From NCBI GenBank assembly GCA_021774265.1, contig JAJFJG010000063.1, forward strand, positions 1 to 61,813: a DNA stretch of 61,813 nt. The letters are read 5' to 3'. The notes below the pieces were generated by a model. It ran no database searches. It was not told where the DNA came from and worked only from the letters and a program-made list of their open reading frames with translations. The DNA is from Nitrosomonas sp. GTDB lineage: Bacteria; Pseudomonadota; Gammaproteobacteria; Burkholderiales; Nitrosomonadaceae. Positions 22,155 through 30,843 of the stretch are shown piece by piece. The position numbers and the translations under genes were made by a program. Position 1 is the stretch's first letter. Every line of letters starts with the position of its first letter.

Positions 22155-22155
22155 C

Positions 22156-25100
22156 TTAAGCTCCTGTTAGATTTGGTTGTTTGACTAAGACAGGAGGCAA
22201 CGGATCATTCATATCTTGGAAGTATTCTGTGGATGTGTCGCATACTGGAATAACTTTATTTGTTGGCTGCCAAGGAACAAATCCCACACCACGCTCAAAT
22301 ACCGATATTTCGCCAGTTTCTGGATCTATAGCACTTAGCAACACCCAGCCACCACCAACTAGCTCTTGGATGCTTTCTTGCCGTCCATAAATTTCACCGA
22401 GCACTTCCGTCTTTGCCTCAACCAAGATCTGTAACCTTACTGGCTCATGAATCTCAACCATTTGTTTAGGCAAACCAGTTCTTAAGTCACTATTGGTACC
22501 TTCCATGACACCAAAAAGACCCGTAATATTATGCGGGATCTTAGTACTACACCCAAAACGTTCATTGTCAATTGTTGAGAAATAATACTCAAGATTAATA
22601 CCCGCACCAACAGGACCAACCGCTAGCAAAACGTTTTCTAAATATTTACCACCTGGATCCTGGGTAGCATCATAAGAGATCAGAAATGGTCGCCTATCCA
22701 GGAATATTCCTTGCGTCACAGAACGTCGTCCAACTATGGCCGAAGCATTTGTAGCGTGCCCATACTCTGGACGTACCTGACTTAAGTCATTAGAGCGCAG
22801 ATGTGCATGTTCAATCCCAGCCGCAGGGGTTTTAGGATTATTAGCCGAGAAAAATCGACGGCATCGCTCTTGAGCTGAGGCGTTTCTCCCTTCAATAAGA
22901 TCATCTCTGAGCTTTTCATAATTCAGCTTTAAAGCTTCGGGAACATCCTCGGTGTCATACCAAGTAACGACATCGCTACATGTGTCATGCTCTGCACCTA
23001 AAAACCAGGTATCCTCAGGAATTACAATACCTCTTTCAGCCAACATTTTTCGAATTACTGGACGATTGATCATTGCCGCAAACAGACGAGCATTAGGCCC
23101 GCCACGCTTTCCACTACACGCACCGCAGTCATGAGCTGCTTCGTGAGGATTATTCTGACTTGTCGACCCATGCGCCATTAAACTTACAATTTTTGAAAAC
23201 CCATAGGTTAAACCGGTATTACGCAGAAACCCTTCTAACCTGTCGACCTGCTCTACATCAGTAAATCCTAGACGTGGTTTAGTAGGAGTAGCCTCATTTT
23301 TCGCGTCTTCTTCAGAAGCTGTAAACAACAGTTCTGTAGGTACTTTTGCGTCTATCTTTTGCCGCATGGAATTATTAAATTGTATAAGCTGTTTAGGCAA
23401 AAAAGTTCTTCCCAACAAACCAACAAATACAGCAGGTGCTAAGACATCAATCATGGCATGAGAAATAATCAAACTACGTCGCAACGATTGATTCATTAAA
23501 TAAGCAAGCTTCTGGTAGAAATTGCGTCCTTTATTATGCGCATCCACAATTGTTTCAGTACCTTTTCTTGGCACTTCATCAACATTATGAGAGGGTACAA
23601 CTACGATTGGGCATAATGCCGTTCTATGGTGATCATCAAGACCTTTATAATTCATAGGTAGACCATAAAAGCCAGCAGCACCTAATGTTTCAATTCTTGG
23701 GTTAATCTCTTCTAATTGACGACGTATACTTTCTTCTCGCTCATCAATGCAAAACACAACCTGCGCTTCTGGTCGCTGGTCTCTTATAGCCCAACGACCT
23801 CGTTTAAGATTTGCATTAATCGCATGAAAAAAGTCTTCTCTATAATGATACTCATAAGCATAAAGCCAAACTTTACTACGTTCAGGTGCCCTAAATTTAT
23901 CGAGTATGCTCTGCATTTGCACCAAATCATTCTTGCACATATCTTGAATATCAGCTGCATTCAAACCTAAATGTTGGCACAAGCGAAAAAGTCGCCAACC
24001 TCTATTAAATACATCATGACCATCGCCATATTCTGCCATTGGGCTGAATTGCCACGTCCACATTAAATCAGCGAGATTCTTCCATTCATCTTGGTGCTGT
24101 CGTTCTGACCCTGTGCGTTGAATTAGATCTTTAGCCATCAGTGTCAAATACTCAGGTAATTTACCTTGATACAGCTGATTGCGAACCATGAACTCAGAGA
24201 GATTATTACGGAAATAATATTGTAATGTTCCTAATTTGGCACTTATTTTCCAATTATCATGGCAAGCTTGATCAAGCCATAATCGACCTACCGTTATACG
24301 GATAGCCAAATAATCTGCCAGATGCATCTCGGCATTATTATCGGTATGGTAACCTGGATTATGCTGTCGCCAGTTAATTAGTCCAGACCAACCAGGCATT
24401 TCCAATGCTAGTCCCTGCAGATAACCCTCCCACTTTTCCTCGGGCATTTCTAAGTACTGTAGTTGCTGAATAATGCAATCCACTGCATCTTCTGGTGATT
24501 CTGAGACAATACGTTGCCAATCAGGCAAATCGTGTAAAAACGAATTCACATCATATTGAACCGATAATCTCCAGGCTGCGTACAAACCAAGCTTACTACG
24601 CTCTGGCAATTGCCATGCTGCGACCCCCTCATCCATTGCTGACGCGCAGATACGGATCATTTGAGGGCGAACAGAATAGAGTATATCTGTACCACAAAGT
24701 GCCATAATCAATCCGCGTAATGTGATTTTATCGCCAATTTGTGCCATCATTGCATCAAGTTGGGCCTCAGCTTCTTGTTGCATTTTTTGATGAACAGACA
24801 CATAAACACCATCAGTCTGACTTGAATTAATTTTCTCTAGCCATTCTCTAGCATTTTCTTCCGACAAATCAAGCATATTTTCGGGATGCAGGTTTGACAA
24901 TTCAATGTCCAGTTTATCTAATATGCTGTCCCATAGCTGCTTAACAACTAGGCTCTGATCTGAAGATTGTGAAAGCATTCGCTTTCTAGGTTGTTCTGGC
25001 ACATCTTCCTGAATTTTCTCTAGCGCATTCAACTCTTCTACTTGCCAGCTAAGTTGGCTCCTTGTTACAGGCTGCAAATCATGCAGTAAAGCCACTTTAT

Positions 25101-25434
25101 AAATATCTTTACGTTCTATCGTTAATTTTTCAGAATGAAAAACAACATCATCTGCTTGTAACTCTTTCGCATGTGCTAATGATGCTAATAAATCTGCATC
25201 AGTAATTCTTCCCTGCTGATAAAGCGCTCTATTTTGTATCTCCGGCAAATAACCATAAGTCCCTGTCAATGCTTCATATTCTTCCAAAGCTTTTTCAAAA
25301 GGAAAACGTTGAAAACCATGAATGGTGTTGTGATGTACAAATTCATGGATCGGACCTTGCCCCGGCAGAACATGATCCAAATGATTCAATGCGGCAATAA
25401 TATGCTCACGTTGATCGTTAAATTCAGAAGTCAT
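22156..25434 (-). CDS. dabA: DabA (DUF2309/UPF0753) beta-carbonic-anhydrase-like subunit
   Basis: 1092 aa; LPGQGPI..FVHHNT, FCIDEREES (CxD), HGSTSQNNP...DCGAC (His, Cys zinc ligands), RPEYGHA, FLISYD, INLEYYFS, DLRTGLP.QMV..HEP.RL. Confidence 0.93.
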   Translation of the reverse strand: MTSEFNDQREHIIAALNHLDHVLPGQGPIHEFVHHNTIHGFQRFPFEKALEEYEALTGTYGYLPEIQNRALYQQGRITDADLLASLAHAKELQADDVVFHSEKLTIERKDIYKVALLHDLQPVTRSQLSWQVEELNALEKIQEDVPEQPRKRMLSQSSDQSLVVKQLWDSILDKLDIELSNLHPENMLDLSEENAREWLEKINSSQTDGVYVSVHQKMQQEAEAQLDAMMAQIGDKITLRGLIMALCGTDILYSVRPQMIRICASAMDEGVAAWQLPERSKLGLYAAWRLSVQYDVNSFLHDLPDWQRIVSESPEDAVDCIIQQLQYLEMPEEKWEGYLQGLALEMPGWSGLINWRQHNPGYHTDNNAEMHLADYLAIRITVGRLWLDQACHDNWKISAKLGTLQYYFRNNLSEFMVRNQLYQGKLPEYLTLMAKDLIQRTGSERQHQDEWKNLADLMWTWQFSPMAEYGDGHDVFNRGWRLFRLCQHLGLNAADIQDMCKNDLVQMQSILDKFRAPERSKVWLYAYEYHYREDFFHAINANLKRGRWAIRDQRPEAQVVFCIDEREESIRRQLEEINPRIETLGAAGFYGLPMNYKGLDDHHRTALCPIVVVPSHNVDEVPRKGTETIVDAHNKGRNFYQKLAYLMNQSLRRSLIISHAMIDVLAPAVFVGLLGRTFLPKQLIQFNNSMRQKIDAKVPTELLFTASEEDAKNEATPTKPRLGFTDVEQVDRLEGFLRNTGLTYGFSKIVSLMAHGSTSQNNPHEAAHDCGACSGKRGGPNARLFAAMINRPVIRKMLAERGIVIPEDTWFLGAEHDTCSDVVTWYDTEDVPEALKLNYEKLRDDLIEGRNASAQERCRRFFSANNPKTPAAGIEHAHLRSNDLSQVRPEYGHATNASAIVGRRSVTQGIFLDRRPFLISYDATQDPGGKYLENVLLAVGPVGAGINLEYYFSTIDNERFGCSTKIPHNITGLFGVMEGTNSDLRTGLPKQMVEIHEPVRLQILVEAKTEVLGEIYGRQESIQELVGGGWVLLSAIDPETGEISVFERGVGFVPWQPTNKVIPVCDTSTEYFQDMNDPLPPVLVKQPNLTGA

Positions 25435-25446
25435 AGAATCTCAATC

Positions 25447-26919
25447 CTATTGAATACGTAGTTTAATAATGTCATTCATTTGAGTAATAGTCGCCATTGA
25501 AAGGTCAATCAACGGTGCAGGCCACATACCAAATAACACTATTGCAAAAACTAACACACCAGCGGCAATTAGCTCGTTAATTCTCAAATCTTCAATATTG
25601 CGCATTTGCGGTTTTACTGGCCCAGTAAATAGCATCCCTATTGTACGCATCGCATATGCCGCACCAATAAGTATACTTAGACCAAGAAATACCATTAAGA
25701 AGCCCCACTCTTGAAAACCACCTATAAAAGCATGAAGTTCAGCAACAAAACCAACAGTCCCAGGTAATCCCATTGCCGCAAATAATGTAATTGTCATGAA
25801 TAAAGCAAAGCGAGGCATCACCTGAACTAAAGAGCTGTAATCCAAAATATTACGGGTTTGTGTTCGTTCATAAAGCAAGCCAACTAATAAAAACAATGCG
25901 CCAGCTATTAACCCATGAGCAGTCATTTGTATAACGGCTGCCGTCAAACCAGTAATGTTCAACGTTGCAATACCCAGCAGCACGATACCCATATGGCTCA
26001 CAGAGGAATAAGCCACCATCGCCTTGAGATCGGTTTGTCGCCAAGCTAACAACCCGCCGTAAATCATCCCAAATAATGCGAGGAAAACAAGTGCAGGCTG
26101 TAATGTCTGCGCCGCTTCTGGCAGCATAACAACTGCTCTGATTAATCCATAAGCGCCCATTTTCAACAAAATGCCTGACAGTAAAATACTAACGGGACTC
26201 GGTGCTTCCACATGCGCAAGAGGCAACCAACCATGCAATGGAAAAATCGGCATTTTGACACCAAAGCCAATCAGAAGTCCGATTAACACCCACACTTGTT
26301 CATCTTTCGGCATGCTTTGAGCAGCTATACTCATGGATGCCATCAATGTGCCGCCATGTGCTGGCATATATTGACTAATCGCTAGCAAGCTGATCAACAT
26401 AAAAATTGATCCACCCATAGTGTAAAGAACGAAGTTAAGACTTGCCACGTGTCGTCGCACACCACCCCATCTACCAATAAGGAAAAACAATGGTGCTAAA
26501 GTTACCTCCCAGAAGATATAAAACAGTGTCCAATCCTGCGAGAGAAACACACCCAGCATTCCAAATTCTAATAAAAGAATACTAATATAGTATCCTTTTA
26601 TTTTGTCAGTAATACTGAATGAAGCAAGTAACGCAATAGAAGTTAATAGCGTCGCTAAAACTAACATTGGTAGCGACAAACCATCTATTCCAAGCGCAAA
26701 AATAGTCCCTAGTTGGGGATTAAGTGAGTATTGCTGCTCAAATTGCAACCCACTAAATTGCAAGTCATAAATAGCAACCAGAAAACAACTAATCAGGAAA
26801 GCTATGGTTGCAAAAGAGTTTGCGATGAAACGTATTTGGCTAGTTTTATGGTGTGGCGTAACTGCTAGTACTAGAATACCTACAGCTGGCGTCAAAAGTA
26901 ATAAACTAAGTATCCCCAT
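25447..26919 (-). CDS. NuoM/MrpD-like proton-conducting membrane subunit (DAB-associated)
   Basis: 490 aa; LGIDGLS, FWE, VKMPIFPLHGWLPLAHVEAP, LLKMGAYG, AYSSVSHMG, PGTVGFVAE; ends 12 nt before dabA. Confidence 0.9.
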   Translation of the reverse strand: MGILSLLLLTPAVGILVLAVTPHHKTSQIRFIANSFATIAFLISCFLVAIYDLQFSGLQFEQQYSLNPQLGTIFALGIDGLSLPMLVLATLLTSIALLASFSITDKIKGYYISILLLEFGMLGVFLSQDWTLFYIFWEVTLAPLFFLIGRWGGVRRHVASLNFVLYTMGGSIFMLISLLAISQYMPAHGGTLMASMSIAAQSMPKDEQVWVLIGLLIGFGVKMPIFPLHGWLPLAHVEAPSPVSILLSGILLKMGAYGLIRAVVMLPEAAQTLQPALVFLALFGMIYGGLLAWRQTDLKAMVAYSSVSHMGIVLLGIATLNITGLTAAVIQMTAHGLIAGALFLLVGLLYERTQTRNILDYSSLVQVMPRFALFMTITLFAAMGLPGTVGFVAELHAFIGGFQEWGFLMVFLGLSILIGAAYAMRTIGMLFTGPVKPQMRNIEDLRINELIAAGVLVFAIVLFGMWPAPLIDLSMATITQMNDIIKLRIQ

Positions 26920-27080
26920 GGATGATTTACCTTTTTGCTAGAAACATTTGCTTGGCTTTAACAACCTGGGGAGTGCATTTATCAGGCATTGTTATTTTTT
27001 ATTTTTGAATTATTATTCTAAGTTACACAAACTTTTAATGATCGCGAGCAACATCTCGCAGTTAAGCTTAAGAATTTTTC

Positions 27081-27482
27081 TTATTCAGGTCGAACCAACA
27101 GAATGGAAGCTTTCACTTTGGAGACTAATTGCTCTGCAACTGACCCCATCACAAAGCGATCCAAACCACGACGATTGGCTGTTCCAACAACCACCAGATC
27201 TGCGCCCCATTCACTTGCAGCAACAGAGATTGATTCTGCAATACCAGCCGCTCCATACATAGCCTCAGCTGTTATTAATCGTGTTTCTACTGACAAAGCA
27301 TTCATTGATGCTTCAGCTTTCGCTAATACTTCAGCTGCAGATTGATTACCTTCGCTTTCATTACTTATCGCATGAACGATACAAATAGCTCCATTATACG
27401 AATTAGCTATATTTTGCGCCTCATTTAATGCGCCCTGAGATGTTTTCCCATCATCTACAGCAACCATGATTTTCTTATACAT
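27081..27482 (-). CDS. universal stress protein (UspA family)
   Basis: MYKKIMVAVD, ADLVVVGTANRRGLDRFVMGSVAE; ATG 27482 with SD AAGGA (track start 27524). Confidence 0.93.
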   Translation of the reverse strand: MYKKIMVAVDDGKTSQGALNEAQNIANSYNGAICIVHAISNESEGNQSAAEVLAKAEASMNALSVETRLITAEAMYGAAGIAESISVAASEWGADLVVVGTANRRGLDRFVMGSVAEQLVSKVKASILLVRPE

Positions 27483-27518
27483 ACAATCCATCCTTGTAAT
27501 TTTATATTTTATTACAAA

Positions 27519-27576
27519 TGTCAAAGCACAATGTTAAAACTATGTTAAAACTATGTTAAAAACTTGCACTTTGACA
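27519..27576 (-). repeat. 13-bp stem-loop enclosing three tandem 11-bp repeats
   Basis: ATGTTAAAACT x2 + ATGTTAAAA at 27531-27561, flanked by TGTCAAAGCACAA / TTGCACTTTGACA, which pair fully (two G:U) as minus-strand RNA. Confidence 0.8.
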
Positions 27577-27604
27577 AAAAGTAACATGAATAAAAACAAA
27601 CCAA

Positions 27605-28921
27605 TTAATCTATTGCAGTTTTGCTCTTTTCCTTAATATCATCAATATATCTCTTGACAATCGCTTTACCAGGCATGCTGTCATTCTTGTTATATACCAA
27701 GTAATGAACAATTCCATGAATCGCCATAGCAATTAACAAGCCTTCAAAAATGCCGACTTGAAATACTAATGCACCACACAAAATTGCCAGCATCAATGCA
27801 TAAGGACCATGATGAATCACGTGCCCAAGACCTGCTATCATTTTCCAGCCAGTAAACATCATAATTGCTGCTAGTGCAAATTTAGGCAAATAGTCTAAAT
27901 ACTGAACATTAAACACGAAGAAAGTAACCACGCCACCGACAATAATGACAGAGAACTTGGTCATTGCACCGGCCAGCCTGTTAGTGGTGCTTTTTGCCAA
28001 GCCGTCAAGGTTAGTCATACCACCAAAGAAGCTTGAACCCATGTTTGCAATCCAAATAGCCAACAAACTGTTGTTACTATTGCATTTGCGTTTCAACGGA
28101 TCGATCTTCTGAATCGCTGCATTACTCATTACCTGTTCAATCACATCGATAATCGCCAACATCGCACAGAAAAGTATCATATAAACCATCATCATGGCCG
28201 TGAACTCATCTGGTATTGGCAAACGGAAACTTAATGCCACGTCTTCCACGAAGATCATCGGAACTTCGACCAACTGCGCTATGATTACACCACCAATAAT
28301 TAAAACAAAATACGGAATAGCAGGTTTCGTATGTTGGAATTTCGAGAACAGGAATAAGAATATACCGAAACCAACACCCGATATCATTAGCATCTGCACC
28401 CTGGCCGCATTCCAGAATGCGTCAGCATCTTCTGAACCTACTGGTACTTCATAAGTCATTTCTGCAAATTTCAAAGCAATTTTCAATCCAATACCGGCCA
28501 GTAGACCCTCAACTAAATAAACTGGCACAGCTATTAGTAAGAATTTTTGCCAGTTAAAGTGCCATATTATCGCTTGCATTAAAGCTGTTAAGAAAATACA
28601 AAACGCCATGTTTTGAATGCCAAATGATGCAACACCCAAAGCCAATACTGGAGCAAGACCCGCCGCAATACCTGGGCACCCTACAAAATTGCCTGGTCTA
28701 AAGAAGGCATTAATCCAACCAACCAGACAAGCAAAAGCAACGGTCGCTAAACCTACCTTAATTGGATAATCTGACATCATAGCAATGCCAATTGACAACG
28801 GAATTGCCATAGCACCGGTAATTAATCCAGCAGCTACATCACGTGCTGCGTATTGCGACTGAAAAGCTGCAGAACCCGGTATCGTAACCGGTCCTGAGTC
28901 TTGTTGTGTTTGCGAAGTCAT
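27605..28921 (-). CDS. SulP/SLC26-family anion (probable bicarbonate) transporter lacking a STAS domain
   Basis: 438 aa; RDVAAGLITGAMAIPLSIGIA, GLLAGIG, ANMGSSFFGGM, LPKFALAAI; ends shortly after the last TM. Confidence 0.88.
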   Translation of the reverse strand: MTSQTQQDSGPVTIPGSAAFQSQYAARDVAAGLITGAMAIPLSIGIAMMSDYPIKVGLATVAFACLVGWINAFFRPGNFVGCPGIAAGLAPVLALGVASFGIQNMAFCIFLTALMQAIIWHFNWQKFLLIAVPVYLVEGLLAGIGLKIALKFAEMTYEVPVGSEDADAFWNAARVQMLMISGVGFGIFLFLFSKFQHTKPAIPYFVLIIGGVIIAQLVEVPMIFVEDVALSFRLPIPDEFTAMMMVYMILFCAMLAIIDVIEQVMSNAAIQKIDPLKRKCNSNNSLLAIWIANMGSSFFGGMTNLDGLAKSTTNRLAGAMTKFSVIIVGGVVTFFVFNVQYLDYLPKFALAAIMMFTGWKMIAGLGHVIHHGPYALMLAILCGALVFQVGIFEGLLIAMAIHGIVHYLVYNKNDSMPGKAIVKRYIDDIKEKSKTAID

Positions 28922-29115
28922 ACAACTATCTCCCTTTATTTTATATATATTTTGTAACTGTTCGGCCTAGCGGCGCTTGGCCAATATAAATTGATAAAAC
29001 CTGCACGTTTTTATATCTCACACGTTCTTTTTACCTCGTAGCCAAACAATTAAACCAGTTAGCTACGCAGATAAAACTGAACAATTACTACTTTTTATTT
29101 ATATCAAGCGGGAAA

Positions 29116-29151
29116 AATTTAACACAGCATACGTGAAGATTTCGTGAAGAT
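29116..29151 (-). promoter_or_regulatory. candidate promoter of the sulP-usp-dab cluster with an OmpR-type tandem repeat
   Basis: ATCTTCACG repeated with 11-bp period (29132-29151), followed 11 nt downstream by TAAATT preceded by TG. Confidence 0.45.
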
Positions 29152-29429
29152 GTAAAATTCCTAGCTGAATGTGTATTACTTTTATATAGTGAATAACCCT
29201 TTAGTAAGCAATACTTTAGCAAGCAACGGGGTATAAGAATTACATCTACAACCTTTGAATCTTAATACAATTCTTTAAGTAGTCGCTCCTAAAAAATGCC
29301 TAACGGATAACCCCTGCGAAAAATATATTTTTAAAATCTATCTGTCTGATAGAAACGCTAGTGTTTGTGCTCTATACTTCTACTGTTATATTCTGGTATT
29401 CATGTTTTTCTTCATAGAGGAAAAGTCAG

Positions 29430-30736
29430 AAAATAGCCACCAGTAGGTTAATGTGGTCATCTATTGCGCCTTTCAGATAGTTTTTTGCTAATCTGAAATC
29501 TGATGCTAAGTGGCCCTAAGTTGTCAATAATGTGTTCAATTACAGCCCTCCTTCTGCATAGTTTTCGCTTTTTTTCTTTATAGTAAGTATCTTTTTTATT
29601 GCTTTTTTCGACAGTATGACCTGTATTTTATTGACGCTTATTTATCATGACAAACTCGATCAAACACGCCCTGTTACGCAGCCTTGATGCTTAAACGTGG
29701 CTCAGTAATAGTGAGCTGTCATGTTATATTTTCAGGCAACAATAACAATCACGCCACTTGTCGCAGTACAGGCAATGGATGCCTTACTGCCATATTCATA
29801 TGGTTTTGTGATCTCTGCCTTTTGCGATGCAATATACATTGGGTTCGTGTATCAAATAGATTTTGTTCTTGCCTTTAGGCTTCAGGCTTAACACCCGCAT
29901 ATACAATATAAATTTGTTTATAATAATCAAACAGGTAATACTGAGACAACTCTTTTTATGAGTTTTCGAATCAACGTATGGATGATTGTTCTGGGGAGTC
30001 TCAATGCTTTCTTAGCCTTGGCTCTTTTCTTTACGTGACGAAAGTGTCGAATACTCAAGCGCAAGGACTTTACTTCCTTGACATAGGTGCGCCGATGCTA
30101 AAATCATGTGCTTTAGCAAACTTGTTTAAGCGGTTAATAATCTTAATAGCCAGCTTGCTATCCGTCGGGTAGGTGATGATTTCTCGTGAACGGTGGAGTC
30201 AATATTAACCGCATCTTCTAGCGCCAAGTCCCCATGCAAGCCAATAATCACCCTAGATAGATATCACCCCAATCCCTTCTACACCACTGTGTTTGCGCAA
30301 ATGCTAAGCTCTTTGCTGTGGTACGAAAGTTTCTGCCGAAACGCTTTCAGGCCACAAAAAGCCTGGTAATAAGGGTTGCGTTTCCAATGCAAAATAGCAA
30401 CTTCATCATTTAGATTTTTCAATTGTTTGAAAAACAATAGTTCTACCATTAAGCGTATCGGTTTGCTTGGAGCACCAATAGCCTCTTTGTAATAACTGAG
30501 ACTTTTGCAAAACCCTGATAGTTGAATAATTAATCCTTTGTAATCAATCTTCAAAAATCTTTAGCCAGGGCTTTTGCAAAAGTCTCTAACTAAGAAAGTT
30601 TCCTCAAAAGAATGCCTAGCTGAGGCTAAGGCTAGTTTGAACAGCGGATCATTGGGTCAAGCTGTAATAGCAAGTCTGTATCAAATAGATTTGCTTGATG
30701 GACAGAGCTCTTTGAGTGAGCAATTTCGCTAACCAT
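29430..30736 (-). pseudogene. IS5-family DDE transposase pseudogene (frameshifts, stops, MITE insertion)
   Basis: Fragments in different frames: GAPSKPIRLMV...NPYYQAFCG, NIDSTVHE..ITYPTDSKL, HEPNVYCIAKGRDHKPYEYGSK, RRRAVIEH, NYLKGAIDDHIN; 3' boundary approximate. Confidence 0.9.
30498..30586. mobile_element. 89-bp MITE nested in the IS5 transposase
   Basis: Perfect 15-bp inverted repeats GAGACTTTTGCAAAA / TTTTGCAAAAGTCTC; flanking 5-bp direct repeat TAACT (30493-30497, 30587-30591). Confidence 0.9.
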
Positions 30737-30843
30737 GTCGACTAGAAAACATAACATTATTTTACCGTTCCTGGTCGACATGACCAGCCAAAAAATAAGT
30801 ATTATTTTTTATAATCAGATACTTGAGATATTTTTAGGATCGA

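Noticed and set aside
17497-26919. Respiratory complex I (nuoLMN), Mrp antiporter or hydrogenase-4 operon
   Set aside because: No redox, hydrogenase or small membrane subunits; the genes surround a DUF2309/DabA gene.
26948-27262. 104-aa plus-strand ORF as a small DAB subunit
   Set aside because: Wrong strand, overlaps usp, TTG start, no recognisable features.
29684-30172. Two 64-aa plus-strand ORFs
   Set aside because: Antisense to the transposase relic; no motifs.
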